A DNA stretch of 63,041 nt, filler included, from Choristocarpus tenellus KU-1152 (Eukaryota; Protista; Phaeophyceae), in the NCBI GenBank assembly GCA_964200185.2. It is 8 parts of 8 records of this genome, joined end to end, with 100 filler letters (N's around TTAATTAATTAA, not from the genome) between each part and the next. Parts side by side here need not be neighbours in the genome. Positions count along the whole stretch, not along the records: positions 32,393 to 55,460 come from CAXNAD020000265.1; positions 55,561 to 58,977 come from CAXNAD020020172.1; positions 59,078 to 63,041 come from CAXNAD020016903.1; 5 more parts are not named here. The stretch is one strand, 5' to 3'. Positions 53,105 to 63,041 of the stretch are shown here, one piece after another (the first letter of the stretch is position 1; each line of letters begins with the position of its first letter). The translations under genes were made by a program, and so were the position numbers. Below the pieces are notes generated by a model, which worked only from the letters and a program-made list of their open reading frames with translations, did no database searches and was not told the origin of the DNA.

Positions 53105-55270
53105 TGTAGTTATAGCCTCAACATCTTCGCAGTGGAAAGTTTTGGGTGCCTCGGCAAGCAAGCGGAATGCTTCCTGGATGAGCTGGCTACTCGCATGGGA
53201 GGGGGAAGAGGGGCGGGAGGATATTTATAGCAGAAAAGGAATAGTTAATCCCGGCTACGCCAAATTGTCTCGGTAACCACGCAAGTGGCATTGTCTAGAC
53301 GTGTCATACGTTTTAACCTGGAATCACCAGGGAGATGGGCACGGAAGGGTTTATTGGATTCTTGGGATGCCTCCCTAGCTCCTCTCGGGGCACAGGTATA
53401 CGTAGATTGGAGACACAGGAGGGAAGTAGTACAACATAGATATTGGTGAAGTAACAAATGGATTAGGGTTTTTCACATTTATGACATTTTATTTCTTTAG
53501 GACTTATACTGACAATATGTATAGTTTTTGAGGACATTTTATATACACATATGTATATAGTTTTCATTGGTTTTTCCCTGACACATCCTGCAAAATGTCA
53601 GAGGGCATAATAATAAAATATGTATAGTTTTCATTGGTTTTCCCCCTGACACATCCTGCAAAATGTCAGAGGACATAATAATATATATGTGTTAGAATAT
53701 TTTTGGGGTATGAACAAGCAACTGGAACGTTTCCTGCATGATCTAGCTAAACACATGGTGGGGGGGTAAAGGAACTGGAGACTATGACAGGAAAGGGTTG
53801 GTCAAATCCCGCCTATATCAAATAGTGTCGGCAATAACGCAGGTGGCACTGTCAAGATGTGTCATGCGTTTTAAGCTGGACTCACCAGGGAGATGGGCAA
53901 GGAGGTGTTTGTTGGATTCATGGGATTCCTCCCTAGGTCCTCACCATCGGGTGCAGGATATGTATGTTCGAGGCACAGGAAGGCAATGGTATAACATAGT
54001 GAAATAACGATGGAAGATAGTTGAGAACATAGTGCATTTATTTTGATAGAATATTATTATGCCCTCTGACACTTTACAGATGTATGAGGGGAAAAACCAA
54101 GGAAAAACTATTCAAATGTCAGAAAAATCCCTAAAGAAGTAAAATTAGTCATAAATGTGAAAATCACTAATCTATTTTTATTATTATATCTATTTGTTAT
54201 TTCACTACTATCTATATCTTGTATCACTGCCTTCCTCTCCCTCCAATCTACCTATTCCTGTGTTAGAATTGACAGATCATAGGAGGGTGTAGCATACCTG
54301 GTAGTAGCATAGCTGGTAGCAAAACAGTACAGAGATGATGAAAAAATTCTTCCACATTTACGACAACTTTTGCTTTTCAGGGGTGTTTCTGATACTGAAT
54401 TTATTTTTCATTGGTTTCACCCCAACACACTGGAAAGTGTCAGAGGACATAATAATATATACTACAAACTATACTATGGAAGTGGTTACGCACAGGGCAG
54501 GAGGGAGAGGTGGGGGAGGTTACAACAGGAAAGAAGCTGTCAAATCCCGTTTACGACATATAGTGTCTGTCACAACACAAGTGACTCTATCAAGATGTGT
54601 CATGCGTTGTAAACTGGAGACACCAGGTAGATGTGCAAGGAGGGACCTGTCAGATTCTTGGGATCCTTCCCTAGCTCCTCACCCTTGGGCGTAGGCCTAA
54701 GCTAGGTTGGAGACATAGGAGGGGAGTGGTGTAGCATAGCTGGTAGTAAACTAGAAAATAGATTATAGAAAACTGTCTTCCACATTTACAACAACTGTTA
54801 ATGTAAGTAATTTTAACCTCAACACGTTTGAGGTAGGAAGGTTTGGATGCAAGGAGAAGTTTAGTGGACAAGTTGGGTACACAAAAGTAGGGGGTAGAGG
54901 GGAGGGAATTTATAGCAGGAAAAGGACTCTCAAATCCCGCTTACAACAGATACACAAGTGGAGTCTCTCAAGACATGTCGTGCGTTTCAACCTGGAGACA
55001 CCAGGCATATGGGCAAGAAGGGACTTGTCAGATTCTTGAGATGCTTCTCAAGGTCCTTGTTCAGTTGTGTAGGGCTTAGTTATGTTAGAGGCATAGCAAC
55101 AATTTATACATGGCATTGTAATTACCAACCTTGGAGGGAGTGTTGTAGTATAGCTAGTATTCACATAGCAAAGAATCTTTGGAGAGGTATGATTTACACT
55201 TTTGACAACTGTGACTTTTACAGGGGTCGTTGTGATGTTGGTTTGGGCTTTTTCCCAGGAAAAACAGTTG
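53105..55270 (+). mobile_element. Cluster of 5'-truncated CRE-like non-LTR retrotransposon 3' ends (approx. 53105-53690, 53692-54010, inverted 54050-54260, 54265-54460, 54472-54790, 54812-55270)
   Basis: Four segments repeat V.SRL..IVS.TTQV.LSR.VMRF.LESPGRWAR.GLLDSWD.SL; the others are its 3' UTR; homologous to 62720-63041. Confidence 0.88.
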
Positions 55271-55420
55271 AGAGGTAGGCAGACTTGGACCCTTTTGCAT
55301 TCTAAGCCACCATTCTTACTCTGTGCAAAACACTCTTTTTCAATGCTTATTTGCACAATAGTGTACACAAAATTGATATTCCCCTTTTCCACACATTAAA
55401 CGACACCACAATTTAATAAA

Positions 55421-55460
55421 GGCTCGAAGTATCTGGGGGGGGGGGGGGGGGGGGGGGGAA
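55421..55460 (+). mobile_element. MITE family A left end at contig break
   Basis: GGCTCGAAGTATCTG(n). Confidence 0.75.
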
Positions 55461-55560
55461 NNNNNNNNNNNNNNNNNNNNNNNNNNNNNNNNNNNNNNNN
55501 NNNNTTAATTAATTAANNNNNNNNNNNNNNNNNNNNNNNNNNNNNNNNNNNNNNNNNNNN
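55461..55560. other. Artificial contig linker
   Basis: N-TTAATTAATTAA-N. Confidence 0.97.
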
Positions 55561-55621
55561 CGCGACATGAAAAAATTGACCCCAAATGGACAGCTTCCAC
55601 CCCTCCCAGATAATTTGAGCC
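55561..55621 (-). mobile_element. MITE family A fragment at contig start
   Basis: CGCGACATGAAAAAATTGACCCCAAATGGACAG..CCCAGATAATTTGAGCC. Confidence 0.8.
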
Positions 55622-56380
55622 GTTGCCCATTTCTTTCTTTTCTTAGCCTATCTGAGTGGCAACTTGTAGCAACATTGCTCACTACTGGTAAGGAAACCAA
55701 TGGATTTGCACATCCTAAATGGGAAGCCCTATCAATAAACTCTGATTCTGACCCAACACAAGAAGAGGGAACTACTTCCGCCGGGCACCCCTATACACGT
55801 TTGTTTGCTTTCCCATTTCCCTTTGAAGTTCCCTGAATAGTCTGATCTTGGGGGGTAGATTCCTCCACCGAACTCTGCGCTGACAAAAAGGCAGTAAGGG
55901 CTGTAACAAATTGTTGCATCATCTCATTGGGGGCCTTGGGGTTGGGGTTTATCAAACGAGCGAGGACGATAATCAGGTTTATAATTTTCGCCATCCGGGT
56001 TGAAGAAACAACGCTCTATGCTGTGTCCCTTTCGAGATTTTGCACTACAGCCCGGAAATTCACAAAAAATATTTTTAGAATTGGCGCGCACATGCTTTTT
56101 CTCGGGTTTTCCTTGAGTGTGTATTTGCTCACGATTTTATGTAGGATTATTCTGTTTAATCGCACGCAACATGTGGACCTCTGCTTGCAGTTCTTGGGCT
56201 AACGTTTGTAGAAGCTCAAGGTCAGAAAACCGTAACTCCGTGACTGGCAAGGAAAATAAATTCTCTGCGTCAAAGTTGAAACCGTTACGTTGCGATATGA
56301 GTGGTCCCCAAACTCAATACCTGATCTAGAAGCATCAGTCAAAGTCGCGGCATCGACCAGTTCACCAATTTTTTTGGGGG

Positions 56381-56727
56381 GGTTCAGCACTTCAGGCATC
56401 ATCAGATTTGAGATCGAGCAATACCCAGATAAGTTCAGTCATTGCTCAACTCACCAACAGACCATCCTTCATACCTTGTCGGCCAAGGACCTATCGTCAA
56501 AATATTTTTTTGAGTCGGACAAAGATGGAAAATACCGAGATCAGGTCAGGGACGGCGACACACTGTCTACCATCTTGTCCGACTCAAAAAACGTTGTTGA
56601 TGCTAGGTCCTTGGCCGACAAGGTATACAGGATGTATGATCTGTTGGTGAGTTGAGCATTGACTGAACTTACCTCAGTGAGTATTGCTCGATCTCGAATC
56701 TGACGATGCCTGAAGTACCGAAACCAC
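56381..56727. repeat. Long imperfect inverted repeat (~150-bp arms, ~40-bp loop)
   Basis: 56381-56528 pairs with 56570-56727 (e.g. TGCTCAACTCACCAACAGA / TCTGTTGGTGAGTTGAGCA; ATACCTTGTCGGCCAAGGACCTA / TAGGTCCTTGGCCGACAAGGTAT). Confidence 0.92.
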
Positions 56728-56974
56728 CAATACATGATTCTGGAGTCGTCCAGCTCTGAAGTCCGACAGGATTTTTTCCACGATATCCTCCCGAAGGGAC
56801 GTAACTGATGTTGAATTCTCGGAATCACAGCTTTCCTCCAGTAAGGCAAACCTATTTGCTGATGGGCTGGTCGTATTGCGGGTGGACCTGTCTCTGGGCT
56901 GAACCCCCGCCATCCCGTCTTGCTCTAGCGAGTCTCCTAGGACGCCATCTACCGAATCTGTCGATGGAATATTG

Positions 56975-57234
56975 GAGCCAAAGCATCTTAGAGGGTAGCG
57001 CCGCGTCCATTTGGGGGCCAAAATCCAATGTTGCGATTTTGTTGTAATTTTGGCTATCGTGTCTGTCAAGAAGTGTCAATATCCTTGTTCCAGGCACGCC
57101 TTTTCATAACGCACACATTTTACCTACTCCGACACATTTTGAAGTTGGAAAATGTCATCAAAAAAACTCATGGGAAGCCAAGCCCTAAATGGACAAACAG
57201 GGCAAAACTCGTACCCTCTAAGATACTTTCACTC
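56975..57234 (+). mobile_element. MITE family B, complete (260 bp)
   Basis: GAGCCAAAGCATCTTAGAGGGTA ... TACCCTCTAAGATACTTTCACTC; ATTG duplicated on both sides. Confidence 0.93.
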
Positions 57235-57354
57235 ATTGGTGCTTGGCCCAGGTGTCAGGCTTCGACTAGGCTCTGGTTCAGGTGGGCCAGTGGTCTTGGA
57301 TTTACCCTTGTCCGTCTTGTCATGTTCCGTTTATCCTTGGTAACTTCTTTGTAT

Positions 57355-57584
57355 GAGTGGAAGTATCTTAGAGGGTACGAGTTCTTCCCTATTTGTCCAT
57401 TTGGGGCTTGACTTCCCAAGGGACTTCAATGACATTTTACCTTATGAAAAGGAGTGTCTGAAACAAGGATACTGACATACTGACATCTCCAAACAAACAC
57501 AATAGCCAAAATTACATCAAAATTGCAACATTGGATTTTGGCCCCCTAATGGACACGGCTCTACCCTCTAAGATATTTTGACTC
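57355..57584 (-). mobile_element. MITE family B, inverted copy
   Basis: GAGTGGAAGTATCTTAGAGGGTA ... TACCCTCTAAGATATTTTGACTC; TAT(G) flanks. Confidence 0.9.
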
Positions 57585-58249
57585 TATGGTGGATCCATCC
57601 CTCTTAGATTGTCGGCGTGAGTACCACTATCGTGAGGCAGGGTCCAATCAGTCGTGGGGGGTGTTCAGAATCACCAGTTGTGTCACCGTGGGGTGTTTCC
57701 AGTAAAACCAAAACTTTCTCAGTCATTACATCTTAGAAGAAATTTGAAGAGAATCCTAGATATGACAGATGGCGTCACATCTTTGTGACCGTCAACGACA
57801 AGAGGTCTCAGAATTCTCAAGAGTTCTATGTGTTGATGTTGGTGGGAACATCACCAATGACAAAGAAATGTGTCGCTATGTACTTGTGCGTGTGCATGGA
57901 AGTGGATTTGGATTGAAATCAGTTCCCAAAATGAATTATTCGTCACATTCAAGGTGATCAACTTATTTTCATAGTTTATGTGTTGTCATAATCGTGGAAA
58001 GTATGGTTGTCTGTTGTTATACTGTTATTGCTCTGTATGCCACATAGCGTTATATCGATTTAGGTTGTGTTCTGAGAACTTCAGTTCGACTGTGTGGAGG
58101 ACATTGGGAGTGATAGATTTCTATGTCTTCATGCAACGTCTCTTTATGAGCACGGTTTTCTGAAGACGGATGTTCTATCTCTGGAGGGTTTCTTTTCCGA
58201 AACCCATTCGAATCATGATCCTCTCCACTTCCTCAGTTCCCCACTTTTC

Positions 58250-58388
58250 CCTGCAAGTCTTGCACTTGTGTAACCTTAACCTTGTCTTCTTGGTTACGGT
58301 TCATCTTTGTTCATCTGGTCCGTCTTGCTCGGTGATTCTCTTCACCACCGTTGCCTGAGTTAACCACACCGCCACAGAATCACACGAT
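58250..58388 (-). repeat. Dispersed repeat homologous to 8566-8713
   Basis: manual alignment. Confidence 0.75.
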
Positions 58389-58797
58389 CCACATGGGCGA
58401 CACCAGTGACCTCAGAAATAGGGTGATGGGGAATTTTTGTTTGACCACGGACGAAAGATGCCGAATTCAAGATCGAGGCGAAAGCGTTGTATACAGGAGT
58501 GCCTGACTCCACATCTGGAACCATCCAGAACGCCACACTACTCGTACTTGCTCGTCACCTCACATCGCACTGAGTTTCACACAGTACTTGCTTTCCCGTC
58601 GCCTCTCGATAGAGAAGGTGCCGAGTGTAGATCCAGAGGGCAGAGTGGCCTCAGCACCTCTCCTTGTCTCATCATCGCGGTTCATGTTGCTGTGTAAGTC
58701 ACGTGTGTGTGTCCTCACAGAAAGAAAGTCTGCAAAAGGTGTTAAAAAGATATCAGGAAATCTTGAAAAAAGAATTGGTAGGGCCGCACCGGCCAAA

Positions 58798-58920
58798 GAC
58801 CCAAAGTATCTGGGGGAGGGGGGGGGTTCTACACCAGGGTGTCCATTTTCCAAAAATCGTGACATGAACAATTGACCCCAAATGAACAGTCGACCCCCCC
58901 CCCCCCAGATACTTTGAGCC
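58798..58920 (-). mobile_element. MITE family A, internally deleted (123 bp)
   Basis: GACCCAAAGTATCTGGGG...CCCCAGATACTTTGAGCC; CAAA duplicated. Confidence 0.92.
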
Positions 58921-58977
58921 CAAACTTGCGCAGCAACCTACCCCGGACCAGTTTTCTGCAAGGAGTTCAGCCAACCA

Positions 58978-59077
58978 NNNNNNNNNNNNNNNNNNNNNNN
59001 NNNNNNNNNNNNNNNNNNNNNTTAATTAATTAANNNNNNNNNNNNNNNNNNNNNNNNNNNNNNNNNNNNNNNNNNNN
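58978..59077. other. Artificial contig linker
   Basis: N-TTAATTAATTAA-N. Confidence 0.97.
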
Positions 59078-59246
59078 CTGTTGATACACTATGTCCGCCG
59101 TCAGTGGTGAACACGCCTGCAGTTCCGGAAAAAGCATTTCCTCCGCCGTAGCCAGCAGCCGGAGCCCCTCGCACCTTGCCCCCACCACTATCCGCACTAC
59201 TCTCTCCGGAGTCCTCCCTACTGTCCTCAAACAGTTCGAGCTTTGG
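59078..59246 (-). CDS. Putative internal exon of an unknown gene (truncated by contig end)
   Basis: GC-rich open stretch after a pyrimidine tract + CAG; two frames are open, so frame unresolved. Confidence 0.35.
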
Positions 59247-60321
59247 CTGAGAGGGCAAAGATGGGAGGAGGAGTGGGGGCGGCTCTACCTTACACCTCGT
59301 TCAAGGAGGGGAAGCTCTGGAAGCAGGTAGTAATTAATCACTGTGTTCCAGAAGCCCCAGTAAGAAAAATTAATACTTGGAAGTATCAGCAGTGAGGGGT
59401 GTTTGGCTGTGAAAAGCCATGGGGGGTCTTTGCTGGGAAAGAGAGAAACAATCTTGCTTTTGTCATAAACCAAACAGACAGTAACCTCCTCTACATATTT
59501 TTATATCAGAATACAATACTTGAGTATTCATTCCCTATCTCTCTGGTGCATCCCCCCCAGACAAACAAGCTTGACCCCTCCCCCCACCCTTCTACCACCA
59601 TTTGACCCAGACCAATGAGAACTGCACTACAATGATTCAAGCAAAACTCAGAAATTCGATGTTGCAGACCAGGACACACCGAACACCTAAAGCTCTGTCA
59701 AGTTGGACCCATTTTCATCCATAGTCAAACACGCCAAAGCTAATTCCTCACTCGGTTCAAGAGACTGGTGGACTTACTGTATGGTGGTCTTCTTTTACGG
59801 GGTAAACAATAGACACAAGTTCAATATGTTCAAAACCAATATACACAAGATGTGTATCTCCTTGATCAAGGACCAATTCTCCTTGCCAATGTTCCCACAA
59901 TATTACAATACAATACAGTAGCTGAAGTTCCATTTTGATTGCACGCCTACAAGGACAACTGCATCCCCTCAATGAACCTCAAAGAGAACCACAACAACAA
60001 ATAACGAAGATTCTTTCAAGAATTTCATGGATAGACAGAGTAGTCTTGATCAATATTTTGGATAGCAGGTTATGAATTATTCAAAGGTGCATAGGACACA
60101 CTTTGCCTTGTCAATACATCACAACATACACCAAATGGGTCAAATCAATCTCACATCAGTATTTGTGACACATGTGTGATGCCGTTGCCCTTGGAGCACA
60201 CCTATATCCAAAATTTCCCACTTCCCGTGAAGCCTCTCCCATTTTGATCTCTCTCTTGAACCAAGTGCAGTGTGTGGTACAGTAGTGTTTGTTTCACTGC
60301 CACAAAGAGTAGGGTTATAGT

Positions 60322-60504
60322 GACCCAAAGTATCTAAGGGGGGAGGTTGTCTACACCAGGGTGTCTACTTGGGGCAAAACCAGGGAAAGTGCAGTTACAA
60401 TATCCATTTGACGTATGCAACTAAATCACCCAAAAATCGCGACATGAAAAAATTGACCCCAAATGGACAGCCGCCATACCCCCCCCCTCCCGATACTTTG
60501 AATC
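60322..60504 (-). mobile_element. MITE family A
   Basis: GACCCAAAGTATCT...CCCGATACTTTGAATC; AGT flanks. Confidence 0.9.
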
Positions 60505-60641
60505 AGTAGAGGATAAGCCAAGCTAGCAAAATATAGTGGGGCAGTCAGTCGATGCCATCAGTATCAGAGGGAGTGGCATTGACCTCTTGATGATAACAGG
60601 TGAAGGATTGATTGGGAGTAAAGGGCTTACCAACAACAATA

Positions 60642-60962
60642 GACCCAAAGTATCTGGGGGGGGGGGGGGGGTCACACCAGGGGGTCCATTTTAACCATAA
60701 CCAGGAAACGGGAANNNNNNNNNNCCTCTTGGTTATTAGATGTGAAGGATACAGTGGGAGCAGAGGTCTTCCCACCTACCATACACGCCGAGCTTCTGGG
60801 CGGGGGGGGGGTTCACACCAGGGTGTCCATTTTAACCATAACCAGGAAACGTGAACTTACACTTATCCATCCAACGTATGCAACCAAATCACCCAAAAAT
60901 AGCGACATGGAAAAAATTGGGCCCAAATGGACAGTCGCCACCCCCCCCAGATACTTTGACCC
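60642..60962 (-). mobile_element. MITE family A (left arm duplicated by assembly around a 10-N gap)
   Basis: TIRs at both ends; AATA duplicated. Confidence 0.85.
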
Positions 60963-61245
60963 AATAACAACAACAAACTGAACAGTTCAACCATGAACTT
61001 CAGGCTCATCCTGAACTGCATATCCTATACGGCCACACACAAGACTCTTCATTGATAGTACTTGCTCTGAGGCAGGGGATACGCCTTGACAACTGCCAAC
61101 CGTCTCAACTCTGGAGAAACAAAACAACACTGGAAGACTGCAACTTATCAAACATGACTATCATGTACATGGATTGACTCCTAGAGTCGGGCACGTTTGA
61201 GTCCAATCACAATGGTCAGTATAGCAATCCTCTCATGTAGTACAA

Positions 61246-61505
61246 GAGCCAAAGAATCTTAGAGGGTAGAGCCACGTCCAATTGGGGGTCAAAATCCAAT
61301 GTTCCGATTTTGATGTAATTTTGACTATCGTGTTTGTTAGGAAGTGTCAATATCCTTCGTCCGGACACACCTTTTCATAATGTGCACATTTTACCTACTC
61401 TGAAACATATTCGGCGTAGGAAAATGTCATAAAATACCCCATGGGAAGCCAAGCCCCAAATGGACAAACAGGGCAAAAATCGTACCTTCTAAGATACTTT
61501 CACTT
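61246..61505 (+). mobile_element. MITE family B
   Basis: GAGCCAAAGAATCTTAGAGGGTA ... TACCTTCTAAGATACTTTCACTT; no clear TSD. Confidence 0.9.
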
Positions 61506-61859
61506 TGTTGAACTTTCACAAGTATACCATATATCTTCCCAACATTGGATGCTCCCTCCTCACGGCCACCAAAACCATCAACCCTACGTACCTCAAGGTA
61601 TACGAGGTACCTGCTACAGAAGGACTCAACAAATGAAGCAACCTTTTTGTGGTATGCATTCATTCCTGAACACACTTGAGGGAGATGCTATCGGGTAGTA
61701 TGCATGAGGAAAACAAGGTATTGAGAGACTGAGGCAGCATTCGCACCCATTCCCCCTTCACCTGTCCACCCTGCAGTATATCTATGAAGTTGTTGCTACA
61801 ATATGATATAACAACTATCTCTCATTGGTTACTACACCCAAACATTAAAATTATTGTTG

Positions 61860-63041
61860 CTGTAATAGTAGTCCCTCTCGCAAGCTATCTGCACGAGCTC
61901 CACCATACAGGCCTTAGGATCATCTACTCACTCCCTCCTTTCCACAGGTGTCCCTCAGAAGACCTTGTGGAAATCATTGGCCAAGACTGGGTACCCTGAG
62001 GGGGAACAATAACCCCTGAACCTGCCCCAGAGGTACATATCCTAGCAGCTCATGATGCGAGGAACACAAGGAGGATTCAACATGAGATCACACACCTCCT
62101 GAACAAGATCCGTTTTGACTCCTTCAGGACACAACTTACTGGCCTCCCAAGCGAGGCACATCAAGGGAGGGAAAGCTCCTCATTGGCCCTAGTACGCCAC
62201 CGGAGTCAGTGTGGACAAGGGGCAGACGCGTGGGCCTCGACTCAACCTCTGGAACCAGCATACCAGATCCTCCCTCTGGAATTCAAGCTCACGGTCAGCA
62301 GATCCCTAGGGAGGGAGGAGGCCCTATCCAACAGGTGCCCAGTGGCAGGGTGCAGGAGGTAAAATGTCGATACCAGACACGCCCGTACCTGTCCCCCTGC
62401 CCTGGGGCAGGTATGACAGCACACTCCAATGGTGAATCGCCTGCACCAAGTATGTAAGGGGATGGGTATCCCTAGCACTACAGAGGACGGTAGCCCTTTC
62501 ACAGTGGACAGGAATCTCCGCATGGATCTGGTGTTTCACGCAGGGGCACTAGCGGACGCCGGAATAGCTCCCTACAGGGACAAAGGTCTTCTGCTAGTCG
62601 TCACCTTCACAGAGGTAGAGGCAACCTCTCACCTAGCCCACTCATCCACCAGCAATGGTGTAGCTGCTGCTGCAGCTGAGGCGCGAAAGCGTACCCACTA
62701 CAAGGGTCTTTGATCCTCATAGTTATAACCTCAACACCTTTGTGGTGGAAAGTTTTGGGCGCCTCGGCAAGCAAGCGGAATGCTTCCTGGATGACCTGGC
62801 TACTCAAATGGTGGGGGGGAGAGGAATTGGAGGATTTAGTAGAAACGAAGTAGTCAAATCCCGGCTACGCCAAATTGTTTCGGTAACTACGCAAGTAAAA
62901 CTATCTAGACGTGTCATGCGTTTTAAGCTAGAGTCACCAGGGAGATGGGCACGGAGGGGTTTATTGAATTCTTGGGATGCCTCCCTCGGGGCGCAGGAGT
63001 AGGTAGATGGGAAGCACAGGAAGGCAGTAGTACAATATTGA
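61860..63041 (+). pseudogene. CRE-like non-LTR retrotransposon 3' region with CCHC knuckle and restriction-like (PD-(D/E)xK) endonuclease, frameshifted
   Basis: CPVAGC..VDTRHARTCP; H..MVNRL; RMDLV..GLLL.VT; AEARKRTHY; VVESFGRLG. Confidence 0.87.

Noticed and set aside
55622-56974. Short ORFs as genes (gag/ORF1-like, SANRFALLEE)
   Set aside because: Interrupted by stops, the hairpin and MITEs; probably retroelement debris but the family is not assignable
3671-59077. Recurrent TTAATTAATTAA palindrome as a biological motif
   Set aside because: Always centred in an identical 100-bp N block; it is an artificial six-frame-stop linker
60725-60850. Diverged tandem duplicate of a MITE left end and flank
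   Set aside because: Noisy re-read of ~60580-60714 across a 10-N gap; likely sequencing/assembly artefact
1-63041. Prokaryotic operon, defence system, tRNA or rRNA genes; functional clustering of the genes
   Set aside because: Genes are spliceosomal-intron eukaryotic; no structural RNA recognised; contigs are arbitrarily joined

Overview
This is not prokaryotic DNA. It is an intron-rich eukaryotic genome, probably a brown alga or related ochrophyte (inferred from gene style and transposon types). The window is an artificial concatenation of 8 contigs joined by seven 100-bp N-TTAATTAATTAA-N linkers, so neighbours across a linker are not syntenic. Spliced genes reconstructed by hand with phase-consistent introns: TPR + DNAJC8/SPF31-like J-protein (8 exons, one GC-AG intron); KCTD-type BTB/POZ protein (9 exons); Cys-containing LRR (FBXL-like) protein; MSS51-C domain protein; secreted EGF/Cys-rich protein resembling the ADP1-type ABCG N-terminus; GPI-anchored spherulin-4 (GH135)-like protein; and fragments of hypothetical genes. 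The rest is largely decayed transposons: a Ty3/gypsy integrase remnant, plant-type (DD39D-related) mariner remnants with a Stowaway MITE, CRE-like non-LTR retrotransposons with a restriction-like endonuclease, and about 18 copies of two related MITE families with 4-bp target duplications (Sola-like). There is also a ~130-bp satellite, several minisatellites and a ~350-nt foldback. No CRISPR array, rRNA or tRNA was seen. The best candidates for something undescribed are the two-family 4-bp-TSD MITE system, the self-stacking retrotransposon cluster, the long hairpin and the GH135-like surface protein.
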